Below are positions 37,555-50,426 of a stretch of 64,000 nt of DNA, one piece after another. The notes beneath the pieces are model-generated. The model was not told where the DNA came from. It saw only the letters and a program-made list of their open reading frames with translations, and did not search any database. The DNA is from Macrostomum lignano (Eukaryota), in assembly GCA_002269645.1 (NCBI GenBank), contig NIVC01002241.1, positions 126,434-190,433 of the forward strand. The letters are read 5' to 3'. Within the stretch, counting starts at the first letter, position 1. Every line of letters starts with the position of its first letter. The translations under genes and the position numbers were made by a program.

Positions 37555-38200
37555 ACTTGCTACTTATAGTAGGGTACACTAGTTATTGGTGGGGTGTTTC
37601 TATTTATAGTAGGTTGTTTCTACTTACTTATAGTAGGATGTACTATTCATAGTAGAATGTTACTACTTATAATAGGGTGCCCTACCTACAGTAGGTTGTT
37701 TCTACTTACTTATAGTAGGATGTACTATTTATAGTAGAATGTTACTACTTATAGTAGGGTGCCCTACCTACAGTAGGTTGTTTCTACTTACTTATAGTAG
37801 GATGTACTATTCATAGTAGAATGTTACTACTTATAATAGGGTGCCCTACCTACAGTAGGTTGTTTCTACTTACTTATAGTAGGATGTACTATTCATAGTA
37901 GAATGTTACTACTTATAATAGGGTGCCCTACCTACAGTAGGTTGTTTCTACTTACTTATAGTAGGATGTACTATTCATAGTAGAATGTTACTACTTATAA
38001 TAGGGTGCCCTACTTACAGTAGGGTCTTTCTATTTATAGTAGGGTGTTTCTACTTATAGTAGGGTGCACTACGTACAGTAGGGTGTACTACTCATAGTAG
38101 AATGTTTTTAATAATAGTAGGGTTACTACTTATAGTAGCATGTTTTTAATCATAGTAAGGTGCGTTACTTATTGTAGCCTGCACTACTTATAGTAAGATG
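37555..38200. repeat. ~19-23-bp monomer array with an 82-bp higher-order unit
   Basis: Monomer core CTACTTATAGTAG; the higher-order unit recurs at 37681, 37763 and 37845. Confidence 0.92.
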
Positions 38201-38303
38201 GTCATACATTTAGTAAAGTGTACAACTTTTATTAGTGAGAGCTAAACTGTTTTAGACTTTCGTATTGCAAAATTTTTAATTGCAATTCAAAAAAACAATT
38301 CAG

Positions 38304-38401
38304 TTGATCACTGCTCGCCGATCTACACGGCCGGCTACAGCCCGAGAACGCCGCTGCAATCACCTACAGCATCACACGAGAACTTACAGCATTCTGTATA
38401 G
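38304..38401 (+). CDS. Cytokine receptor-like, terminal exon
   Basis: ATTCAG|TT GAT gives VDHCSPIYTAGYSPRTPLQSPTASHENLQHSV-stop. Confidence 0.65.
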
Positions 38402-40962
38402 GTGCGATACAAGCACCTGCTTTGGTGTTGGATCCTTTTCTTGGTGTACGTGGCTCGTAAAACCATGTTGATCATATTAAATGTTTTTTTACTATACCAG
38501 TTGTATTTGGTTTAAACTTGATTCTTAATCCACTGTAACAAGCAATATTTAATTTGATCTTATTGTAAAAAGCGCCATGTCTACTGCGCCACTTTCAAGT
38601 TAGTACAGTACGTAGCGCACATACGTAAGCTATGACCTAATTCGCCAACTGTCTATGGCCTGAACTGCGTCAGACAAGCTTTCTATCTCAGTGTTCGCTA
38701 TGCACTACTTATATAAACCTCGCTTTCGGCCTAATATATTATTCTTTATTTTATTGAACCAGACGAGCATTCTATCTAAGACACGGCCAACCAGATTGTC
38801 TATGGCCGAAACCGTGTGTGAGGAGAGTGTTGAATTTCAGACATCGAGCAGTGGAATTCGGAACCATTAGAAAAAGAGTGATAAAGTGAATTGGATTTTT
38901 GTAACTTCAACTGTTACTAAACTGTCAGACCACAGTGGGCTCAATAAGATGTTTTTACGGGCCAAGCAGTAGGGCATGAAGCGCAGTGTGTGAGCAAACC
39001 AGCTGCTGCACTCTTGGCGACACCCACGCCCCCCTGACTCCGCGATTCTCTGCCGCACCAAGGGAGCGCCAATCCTGTAGATTGATTTCCGTCTTGTGGC
39101 CTTTCCAGCTCCATTTGCACGGCGGGCATGACTTAGTTTTAACTGCTCTGTGTCTTAAATTCAAGCGTGCGTCTGTGCCATAGACGGTGTTTTGATGACC
39201 AAATTTAAAACGCAAATATATTCGAATACATGGATGAATTCATCGGCTTGCTATAAATATTAGCCAGTAGCCTCTATGTGATGATAATGTGAGTGACTTT
39301 ATCTAGGTTATGTATGGATATCCAATATGTTATATGGATATGCATATTTCCTTTGATGCAGATAATACTTTATTATCTTGAATAGAGCGCTTAGCGCAAT
39401 GTTAAAACTTTGTTAACAAAGCCATTTTTATAACTATGGGTTACAACACACTCTAAAAATGCAATTTTAATCATCAGAATTATTCTCATTTTTACATTGA
39501 GCTTCTGTGCAGTTTAACTGTTTTGTCTTGTCCAATTTTTTTAACTGGTCAAGACGCCTTGATTATGGACAAAAAGCCTACAAGATTCCGGACTCATTGA
39601 TTCAAAATTTGTTCTTTAAATGTGGTCAAAACTTGAATGACCAATAGTACTTGCTGGCTTCTTGATTGCGAGAGCAGGGAATTATTTATATACTACCGTA
39701 ATGAATTACTGCACACATTTCGCCATATTGTATAGTCCAATTTTATACATTTCTCTACCTATTTAACTATTTTTATTGGTGCACAAAAAGTTGTATTGTA
39801 TAGTTTGATTTTCATAATTTTTGCACAATTTTCCCGCAATTGTGCTTTTGCATATATTATTTTACTGCAATCAAATTTTGTCACCACAAATTCGTGCTGG
39901 CAGATATAAACAATAATAGTGAGCTTTTCTTTTCATGCTGCACGCTATCACATGGCAAAAAAATGAAAAGAAGCACTTTTGTATTTTTATTTCTTTAGCA
40001 TGCAATTCTACAGTACAACCTTAAATCTTTCCGTGCCGTGCATTTTAATGGTTTTTAGGCACGGGACATGTACAATTGTACGTAGCTAGAATAAAAATTA
40101 ATATGCAATCCTAATTTTCTGAACGAAAGGCTTTTATGAATATCAATAGAATTATAAGAAAGGCACAACATATCAAAAGATGAACGTTGGGTCTGCCTCT
40201 TATCAAAAGCAATAACACTTTTTGTTCTGAAAATAAAAAACGTAATATCTGCCATAGCGTGTATTTTTCGGCGAAAACCCAGCCTCCTTAACATTTTGTA
40301 AGATACGTAGTTTCCCGTACTTCTAGTTAAGTAGTCCTTCAAGCTTTTCACATTACTAATTCCAGAACCAGTTCGGATCTTCCTAGAAAAAAAGCAGTAA
40401 TACTATTTAACTTCGTTAAATGTTTGAATGCCTTAACAGCCTCACTTTTGCAATTTTTTTCATTTTCTTCTTAGCTATACCCATTCTGAATAGTTACAAC
40501 TTTATAGCACGTATATCCCTCTATAGTTAAGGAGACAGAAAGTTATAATTTATAAAATTGGATCTGGTTCTAGAACCAGCTAACAAGCAATTTGTAAAGG
40601 CCCCTTGAAACAATAATGTTAAACAACGAAGTCCTGTGACGGTGTTCACTCTTATATTTTTAACAAAGAAGGTTGTATTATTTTTTAGTTGCATGGCATT
40701 TTTTTCTTGGTTCAAATCTTTTGACCAGACTTAACAAATACAGCTAATTACTCTTTACGGGGCAAAAAAAATAATGTGTATTTTATATCAAACAGCTTAT
40801 TCAATATAATGCTTATGCTCATAATTTGCAAAGAGTTTGCATTTATTTATATATTTACGTGCAGGACTCACAGAAGCAAGACAGGACAGCTGTGTGTAGC
40901 TGCTAGCTAACACATTGTTTTATTATAACCATACTTTGTATCTAATAAATAATAAATACACA

Positions 40963-41014
40963 ATGTCTGCTGAAAAATCCTTCGACTTTTTGGAAAATAC
41001 TCCTTTAGCAAACC
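40963..41014 (+). CDS. YIPF4: YIPF4, putative coding exon 1 (join 40963-41014, 44498-45042, 46192-46329)
   Basis: MSAEKSFDFLENTPLAN C|GTGAGT; phase 1 joins in frame to AAAACAG|CA GGC GAC ATG. Confidence 0.65.
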
Positions 41015-44000
41015 GTGAGTTCTTAATTATTTACTCGATTCACTGCTGACTGCTGTTTATCTTACGTGCTTATGTAAATTTAGATTTTGGTTTTTATCTG
41101 TACAGGAGGGTGCTTTTTAATGTAATTTATTGCATATATAGACAGTTTAAAGCAGGATAACTGTGAAAAAATTTATTGAGTATTCAAAATGTTTTTATAA
41201 ATGCAAATGCATCAGATTTGAACTTTTTTGAGGGGCTACAGACACAGTCAGGATTATATTATGAATTTTGGTATAAAGCATGAACTATGTCTATATATAG
41301 TGTGGGCATTTCCACAAAAAGGGACGATGGGAAAATTAAGCTTAACAATTTTTTTAAATAAAAATTTCTTAAGCTATGTTAAGGTAGATGGTAATTAGTA
41401 CTAAAATAATGCTTTAGAAAAAACCATAGAGGTTTTTACACAATAAAAGTATCACTCTGATTTAAAAAATATACGACAACAAACTCTAAGAGTCTTAAGT
41501 GCTTTAAAGTTGTGTAACCCAGCAATCTTATAGATGTCTGCCCTCAGGCCTCAGATTTTAACTTCATAAGTTTAAGACATATCTTTAACTTTGAGGACAT
41601 GATAAAGTATGTTTTTAACTGCATTTCATTCAGAAAAGCTTAAATTTTGTTATAATAACTAGTTATTTAAACTGCTTGCTTTTATTTGCATGCAGTTCAT
41701 TATTATGGCTTCTAAATACACTTTCTTGAGCAAGTATGTTTTGCATTGTTTTCTGACTACATTTCTCTATTTCTCAAAGTTGAAATTGATTTTAAAGTTA
41801 AAGTTTATTTTAAACAAAAAACCACATTGTGGTTTTTTATGAATGTTTGTTTCTATATCTAAATCATATAATTAAAACATGAATTAATTTTTTATTGCCA
41901 AGTCAAACTAGGATAGGCTAGCATAATAACAAGTATCTGCAAAACCCTAAAGTACCCAACATATAGAATATAGAGAGTCAATATTTTTTTTTACATTAAT
42001 CTAGACACTCCAAGCTTTGTAATAGATGTTTAGTTGCTTTTCAAATATATTTCATTGCAGAGAAATTAATCAATTTGTAACTGAAACAACTATATCACAA
42101 TTGACTATTTCTATGAAACCCTAGAGTATTCAACATACAATGTGTAGAGAACCAATTTTTTATTAAATGAATCTACTCAGCCTGAACTTTCTAATAAGCC
42201 ATTTGTTGCTTTTCAAGCATATTGCATTGCTGAGAAATTTTCCTGACAATAAACATCAAAGTCAATAATATATCTAAGACAGTTTTCATATCAAAAAATG
42301 CTTAACAGTCACATAGACCTTTTTATACTTATTTGTCTTTTAAATTAATCAGTTTTTGTCAAAATTCATGAAAAATCTAAATTACATATGCATTTGTAAT
42401 TGTAAAAGTTTATCAAAGCCTATAATACTGCTACTGCCTTTGCAACACTTACTATAGATTATCGCAAAAATGAAAGTCAAAAAATGTATGAACATTTTAA
42501 ATAGTTATATCAAATAAAGTGAGTAAACAAAAAGTAAAGGTAAAAAAGGTTTAATAAGAGAAAAGTATTTGCAGTACTTTTATATTTTTTTCTTTATTTT
42601 AAGGTGGACACTTCTATGTTTTATTTTGGTGGAAATACCCGTGTATATACATTAATTCTGTACCTATAAGAGCTATACCATGCCATTATTGTCATGGGCA
42701 ACAGGAGTTTGCAGCAATGAATGGAAGCATATGCCCCCCCCCCTAGAAAATGAGCCCATGTGACACAATGCATTGTGTGCCCCTGCAGTTTTAAGAATAT
42801 GATATTTGAGTGCTTAGTAATAGCTAATATTAGTAATTTTGAATGCTTTTTTTTGGTTTTAAACCCTAATTAGCAGCTTATAAAGACACCTGTGCCCATG
42901 TCTAGTGCCCCACTAAAATATTAGACTCCACCACCTTGATTATTGTTTGTACTAAGCACAGAAATCACATTTAAGTTATGAAAATTAAACTATTTAAAAA
43001 AATTAAAAAGAAAATTAATGTAGCATAAAGTTGTAAATACATAGTTTAAAAATTATATTGCAAATATATTGTAAATTTAAATATCAGACAGGATAATAGA
43101 TTTATTAAAAATACATATTTCTTTAAATTTATGTTAGTGTTTGTGGCTAGATGCTATGAGATTTTAGACTCAACATTGCTACAGTCAGTGCACTAATGCA
43201 TTCTAGCACAACAAATCTTTTTGGGTAACATTTGGCTATTCAAACTATGGCCTAAGAGGGATATCCACTTTTGTATCTTATTCCTTCATTGGGTCTTTAG
43301 TGCTGATTTTTGCTTAGATAGGCCTTCTTTTTTGAATTCCCCAGGCCTATTCCAAACTTGACTTACTTGACTTAGCTGCAGGGGGCTCCACGCGTCTGGA
43401 AACATCCGCGCGTCCGGCCTATTCCAAAAGTCTGCTTTAATACTTTCCTAAGTTTCCTTTAGTTTGTAGTAACTGTGTGTCTATAACTTTTTAACTAATT
43501 CAAGATTCAAAATCAAAATATTAAAGTTATCATTACTTGCTTATTTCAGCACCTGACCTAGTGACCTTGTAGACTGTTTAAGTATGTAGCCATTTTAATA
43601 TAGGCTATAGGGCTGAGAGACAGGGAGAGCAATAATGAAAGTGGGATAAAGACTGCCTGATCCAGTATAATTAGTTTTTTTGTCTATTTCAATCTTGATA
43701 AAATGATGATTATACCTATATATGAAAAGTAGTTGGCTTCTAATCTAGGCTAATGCTTAATTTTGTATTTCTTATTAGTTTATTTCTTTATTTTATTGTA
43801 ATTAGTTTGCTGGTTGATTTGGTTTTATTGCCACTAGGTTACTAGTGTTCCCTAATCCTAGTGTATAGATTTAAGGACAAAGATGATCCAAAATGTTTTA
43901 TTCAAAAGCATATTAAAAGTTTGTATAATCTCTTCACTTCACTCTTGTCATTAAGTTTTTTGGCCTTAACTTCAGCTTTCTTTAGATTTTTCATTTCATT

Positions 44001-44497
44001 TATGTGTAAAGCATATCAGACTTTGCTGTACTCTTGCATAAATATTATATATTTTATTGTTTGTGTTGGATTGCAAGGTAATAGCTATTGTAATGATTAC
44101 AAAGTTTAGTAAAATATAGATTAGACAGTTATCCATATTTGGAAGAGTTAATAGAAAAGGAAAATATTGAGAAACGAATAATTAAGATAAAGGTGTAAAA
44201 GAGCAACTGCAAAGTAATCAAGTAACTGCAAAAAATCTGAAAGCGAAATTAAACTGTATGCAATACAGTAAAACTAATAAATATGTCTGATTTTCTTTGC
44301 CTCATAGTCACTAGGACTATGGTCAGGTCTGATGCAAGTATTTTTGGTCAAAGTCAAAGTTTTGGACCTTTCCCCAGAAAGCTGCAAACCCATTCTTATC
44401 CAAACTACTAGCATACCCTGAGCCTTAACTACTACAAGTAGCGTAAAAGCAAATCTACTTAACAAACTCGACATCCCCCCTATCACACTTAAAACAG

Positions 44498-45042
44498 CAG
44501 GCGACATGTCTGGCCAGATGAAAGCCGCCTACGACATGGGCGACCTTGGCGGCGATGCGGCATCTGCCGGCTACGGTGGCGGCGGCGGCGGCCGCGCCTC
44601 GGCCTACCTTCGCCGGCGCGGATTCGGCTGGCTAATGGAAGTTGAAGAAGACGATGAGCAGCAGAAACCGCTGCTAGAAGAGCTGGACATTGATCCCACT
44701 GATATCTATTATAAGCTGCGCTGCGTACTGCTGCCACTGCCTTACTTCGGCTACGATAGGCAGGTTGTTCGCGACAGGCCGGACTTCTGGGGTCCGCTGT
44801 TTGTTGTGCTGCTGTTTGCTCTGGTTGCCATGGTTGGCCAGTTCCGGGTCGTGTCCTGGATACTCACCATCTGGCTGGCCGGCTCCTGGTTTGTCTACGT
44901 GCTGGCCAGATCGCTCGGAGGCGAGGTCAGCTATTCCCAGAGTCTGGGCGTCATCGGCTATTCGGTGCTGCCGCTGCTGCTTGTTGGCCTGCTGCTGCCG
45001 CTCGCTGCTAAAGTGCACGGGCTGGTTGGCTTCGCCTGCAAG
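44498..45042 (+). CDS. YIPF4: Yip1-domain protein YIPF4, main exon
   Basis: GFGWLMEVE...KPLLEELDID...IYYKLRCVL...DFWGPL...GQFRVVSWILTIW is characteristic of YIPF4. Ends AAG|GTGAGC. Confidence 0.94.
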
Positions 45043-45109
45043 GTGAGCGAGTGTTAACTGTGCTGGGCTGAGGCTGTAAACTGATGGAGGAGTGACTGAT
45101 TCTGAAGGA

Positions 45110-45580
45110 TAATGAGGCTATGAGTTGATGGAGAGGGGATGCTGGGGCTATATGTTGATTGAGAGAAGATGCTGGGGCTATGGGTTGATGTAGGGAAGAT
45201 GCTGAGGCTATGGTTTCATGGAGAGGGGATGCTGGGGCTATGGGTTGATGGAGAGGAGATGCTGGGGCTATGGGTTGATGTAGGGAAGATGCTGAGGCTA
45301 TGGTTTCATGGAGAGGGGATGCTGGGGCTATGGGTTGATGGAGAGGAGATGATGGGGCTATAGGTTGATGGAAAGGAGATGCTGGGTCTATGGGTTGATG
45401 TAGGGAAGATGCTGAGGCTATGGTTTGATGGAGAGGGGATGCTGGGGCTATGGGTTGATGGAGAGAATATACTGAGGCTAAGGGGTGAGTAAGAGGGTGA
45501 TGCAAGTCAATGGGTTGATTGAGAGGGAGATGCTGCGGCTATAGATTGATGAAGAAGAGATGCTGAGGCTATGGGTTGAG
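45110..45580. repeat. 30-bp minisatellite with a 90-bp higher-order pattern
   Basis: ATGCTG(G/A)GGCTATGG(G/T)TT(G/C)ATG... variants cycle in threes from ~45169 to ~45440. Confidence 0.92.
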
Positions 45581-45739
45581 AGAGGAGTTGCTGAGGCTGA
45601 GCGTTTATGGAGACGAGTTTCTGAGGCTGTGGGTTGATGAAGAAGGTAGAATTAATGAAGAGATTAAAATTCCGAAAATTTTTGTTTTTCTTGCTTGGTT
45701 ATTTGGCAGATTAGATCTGCCCTGTATATTAATAGTCAT

Positions 45740-46112
45740 ACATGCGCAACCTTGGGAATCACCCGGCCATTTGCATAGGCAACACACACATGTAAGTCGC
45801 TATTGGCTGATAGTGGTCACGTGACTACTACGCTCGCACTCTGTCCAATAGCGACTTACACGTGTGTGTTGCCGAGTCTACGACGTTTGCCAGCCGCCAG
45901 CCGGGCATTTGTTAAGAATTATGCCCTCTCTAGGCTTACATGTACCTGCATTTGAACATCGGTTGCTTTGACACCTGTTACTAAACCTACCAAAAATATC
46001 AAGAAGACGAAGAGCGTTCTAGTGAGCAGTTAGTAGTTAGTAGCTGGCAAACGTCGCTGGCAAACGTTGCCAATAGAAACGGCCGGGTGAATCCCAAGGT
46101 TGCGCCCAAGCA
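45740..46112. mobile_element. Palindromic MITE (family also at 58957-59131 and partial at ~27275-27325) carrying a nested small TIR insert
   Basis: CATGCGCAACCTTGGGAATCACCCGGCC...GGCCGGGTGAATCCCAAGGTTGCGCCCAAGCATG. The insert is bounded by ACGTTTGCCAGC / GCTGGCAAACGT. Confidence 0.7.
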
Positions 46113-46143
46113 TGTTAATAATCAAAGAGACTACTATCAGTAG

Positions 46144-46329
<186 letters not shown>

Positions 46330-46944
46330 CTGCTGGTTTAACACGTGTCGCCTGATCTTGTGATTGTGTTATTTTTCTCTTATTTTTACGGATAATAGTT
46401 GGTTTTTAAGCTTGGGATTGAAATTGCATTGTATCTCCGTCTGTGTCTTTTAATATCCAATAAGTTTCATTTATCGTTTGCACCGATTCTCTCAGTTTTC
46501 GTGTTCCACAATTTTTCTCTCTGCATCGCCACATGCAAACTGCTCTACTGTCAGTAGCGTATATGAGCTATCGGAAATTTGGATATGTGAACTGTGCAGT
46601 GTAGTTAATTAGTTGTGCGGTGCATCAAGAAACTAGAGTAGGTTGTCTGCCTGTTATGTATTGCCTACTCTATACGAACGGCCTTTGGTTTATCCATCAG
46701 ACGATTGCTGTAGATAGCTATGTATATCTTGTTTGCTTTGTCATTAGAGTCTATATTACATTATAAAATCTTATATGACCGTTTTTAGGACTTCTGGATA
46801 GCAAACAATAGCTGTTACTTCTGGTTCACAGTTTTCGGTAAAAATGTCAAATACTTGTCTCTCTCAGACAGTTTCTTTTACGTGATTTTTCACTATAAGG
46901 AGAAGGATGAGATTGGACAAAATGATCGTCCAGTGAAAAATTAT

Positions 46945-47444
46945 TGAACCGGTGTTACACACTGACAGCTCAGTAATGAACCGGTGTTATACACTGACTG
47001 CTCAGTAGTAAACCGGTGTTATATACTGACAGCTCAGTAATGAACCGGTGTTATACACTGACTGCTCAGTAGTAAACCGGTGTTACACACTGACAGCTCA
47101 GTCATGAACCGGTGTTATACACTGACAGCTCAGTAATGAACCGGTGTTACACACTGACAGCTCAGTAATGAACCGGTGTTACACACTGACAGCTCAGTAA
47201 TGAACCGGTGTTACACACTGACAGCTCAGTAGTGAACCGGTGTTACACACTGACAGCTCAGTAATGAACCGGTGTTACACACTGACAGCTCAGTAATGAA
47301 CTGGTGTTACACAATGACAGCTCAGTAATGACGTGTTACACAATGACAGCTCAGTAATGAACCGGTGTTACACAATGACAGCTCAGTAATGAACCGGTGT
47401 TACACAATGACAGCTCAGTAATGAACCGGTGTTACACAATGACA
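46945..47444. repeat. 32-bp minisatellite downstream of YIPF4
   Basis: Unit TGAACCGGTGTTACACACTGACAGCTCAGTAA, about 15.5 copies, no spacers. Confidence 0.96.
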
Positions 47445-49531
47445 ACTTCGCTAAACTGAAAGCTCTAGTGTTCCAATCCAGCTTGGCAATTCAAGTGTTT
47501 CAATTTGAAGTGATGAGAATAGACAGTCGATGGCAGAGGAGATTTGCAAAGTAAGCCTATTACAGTGTAATTGAAGCCGATATTATTATCTACATGTATT
47601 TGGTGTCAAACGAACGAGCGTAGTCTGCCTGTACGCAGCTGTCCCGGATCTTGTGCGCCGGGGCAAGCAATCGCGACTTCAGGTTGAAGCTTACGTTCAG
47701 GCAGCAGTTGTTAGAGCAACTTACTTTAATTCCCTAGCCAACAGATGGTCGCGGCCCCCTATAATACCCCATAGGCTTATAGACGCTTCCACTTTCGGGA
47801 ATGAAATATTAACGCACTGATACTATTGATTGACGATTTGAGATCAATACAGTACTAATGTATATGCTTTAAGAACTGTACAGGCAGCTTACGCCACCGA
47901 TTTTGTGCAATTTCTAATGCCGAAAAGGACAATTAAGACCAGTGGTGGGAGCGAGGAGTAGCCGTTTTTTTCGGGCCGCACTTATTTTAAAAAAGACTTG
48001 TAATTATCGATGCAAATTCTTTAATTTTCAAAAGTTTTGAAAATGAGTAATTGTATGGGAAAGTTTTTTGCCGGCTCAAAACTAAACAATATTTGAGTCT
48101 TAAACGCTTGCAGTCAATGGCACTGACAGTGTGCTAGCGTGCGATTACTGTATAGAGCACGATTATCGCGACTTTCTTGGCTTCCAACTGGGTCTTCTTC
48201 AGATTCTCCTGGTGTTGTCTCAACTTTTCTAGCTCGCGATCTCTAGCGTCCTTGGCTTTGGCGTCTCCACAAAACAGTTGCTCTGCTTCAGCTTCCCCCT
48301 TATCTGCTCAGGTGTCCACTGAACTGACTTCTCCAAGTTGGTGCATTTCTTGCTGACTCTATTTTCACTATAGAGATCTGATGTGACTCTTCTCCAGCTT
48401 CTCCCTCTTACGCTCTCTTCATTTTTCATCCTCCAGCTGCCAGCGGCATGCAGCATAGGCACTGGCGCACAAACTCTTGAGCCAATGAAAGCCAATAAAA
48501 TCCAGAAAAAAAGCTTCCGTGCAGAATATTTCTAAATGAAATTAACAAAATAACACACAATTAAATATGTACGGTTGGGACGAACGAAATTGTGCAAGGA
48601 ATTTTTAATAATTTTGTTATCATGAGAGTTTGAATCCGCGTTTATTTTTGTCTTGGGTTTAGAATAAACAAAAATTAGTTTAAACGCGCTAATTTTGATT
48701 ACTATGAAGCAGTGAATTCAGTGAACTGCTTGCCGCTAAATAGATAGATAGCACTAACCTAGGCAACCCGGAACAGCAGATAGAGAATGTGTGCTCAGCG
48801 CGTAGCTACCAGTTAAATTGAACACAAGGAAAACGGCTACTGAATAATGCACATTACTAATATATAATTGTTAGCCACAGTACAACGATTAAGGTAGTAA
48901 AATTACAATTATGAAGCTACATCATATCTTTATACTCTGTACTTTTATTTTCTAGTTCATTGGTTGGACTTCTTTATCAATAATAAAATCAATAATAGGC
49001 ATTTTTTAAGAAATCCAAAACAATTTCAGTAAATTCTTAGATAGAGAATGGTGGATTGATTGATAATGATAAACTGGCTATGCATTATTTTAATAGGAAC
49101 AAACTTTGTCACCTCGATAATAGGATTCCAGGAAAAATGACAACATAACATAAAACATCAATAGGGCATATTGACGCTATTAGCTCAGAATAAGAATTGC
49201 ATGTTTTAATAAACAACAATAATAAATGATAATTATATTTTGTTATAATGCGCGACACTGCGAACTACAAACAAAAAATTAGATCAAGCCATGAAATAAA
49301 TAAATAATCAGGATAACATTATAGAATCGGATAGTAATGGGTATTTTAATTATAAAATTATATTACTCGGACAACACAGTGTAATGATAAATAATATAAT
49401 AAAATATATGAATTGTGGGGGCGCCAGCGGGCGCATTATGCGATTACGGAGACGAAACACAAAGCAAAAACTGACACAAAACGCGAGACCGATTCACCCT
49501 CTTGCGCACAGTAACTAGATGATGATAAGTT

Positions 49532-49782
49532 TAAGCTTAGGCTGTGTGCAATGCTATCTTCTTTTTCCCATGGCTAGAATTCTAATTGGCTCATTTATCG
49601 ATCGCTATCTAAACATTACCCCCGCCCCTCTACCCCATTTTATTGCCTTCCTCAGCCCTAAGCTTAGGCTGTGTGCAATACTGGATCTTCTCTTTCCCAT
49701 GGCTAGAATTCTAATTGGCTCATTTATCGATCGCTATCTAACCACCCCGCCCCTCTACCTCGTTTTATTGCCTTCCTCAGCC
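49532..49782. repeat. ~127-bp direct tandem duplication
   Basis: TAAGCTTAGGCTGTGTGCAAT...CCTTCCTCAGCC at 49532 and 49659. Confidence 0.9.
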
Positions 49783-50040
49783 ATGTACATTCCTAGCGGC
49801 GCTAGCCAATGTACATCTAGCTGATTTCCAACTCCATGCGCACTTGTATACCCAAAAATAGACTAAGTAGACTACGTGCATATTGCAAGCAAAATTTCCG
49901 AGCAGTAATTAAAACACTTCATCAAGCTGAAACTAAAATCCCACCAACAAAAACTCAAAAAGCCAATTTAAATGTGCTCATTCTCTCTTTCGTCGACTCT
50001 CTCTTATCCGTTCTACTCAATCAAACTCTGGATAGAATGT

Positions 50041-50426
50041 TTAAACGGACAGAATGAGAGCCACAATGAAGCCGTACAGGCCCAGCACCTCGGCAAAGAT
50101 CAGGATGAGGATCATGCCGACGAACAGGCGCGGCTGCTGGGCGGTGCCGCGAACCCCGGCATCGCCAACAATGCCGATGGCGTAGCCGGAGGCCAAACCA
50201 CTGAGGCCGACGGCCAGGCCGGCGCCGAGGTGACGGAGCGACTTCTCAACGGTGTAATCAGGCGTCATGTTCTGTGAGATGAGCACAGCAACTACTAAGC
50301 CATAGATGGCGATGATACCGGCCATGACAACTGGCACCACGGACTTCATGATGAGCTCGGGTCGGAGCACCGCCATGTTAGCGATGCCAGTGCCAGACTT
50401 GGCTGTGCCATAGGCGGCGCCCAGAG
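50041..50426 (-). CDS. ATP6V0C: V-type ATPase 16-kDa proteolipid subunit c, coding exon 2 (join 61350-61278, 50426-50041; 152 aa)
   Basis: TGCAG|CT CTG GGC gives [12 protein letters not shown]...[18 protein letters not shown], with the conserved proton-binding Glu. Confidence 0.96.

Noticed and set aside
38867-39215. Short overlapping minus-strand ORFs (MPAVQMELERP...)
   Set aside because: No recognisable motif or downstream exons were found.
46945-47444. CRISPR-like 32-bp partly palindromic repeat (also the 38-bp array at 34662)
   Set aside because: Units are head-to-tail with no unique spacers, there are no cas genes, and the context is eukaryotic.
48130-48500. Charged coiled-coil-like frame on the minus strand
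   Set aside because: It has several in-frame stops and no recognisable domain or splice partner; at most a decayed exon.
49972-50277. Antisense ORFs over conserved genes (also 2498-2809, 8697-9200, 44674-45018, 56683-57255)
   Set aside because: These are shadow frames of GC-rich coding sequence on the opposite strand.
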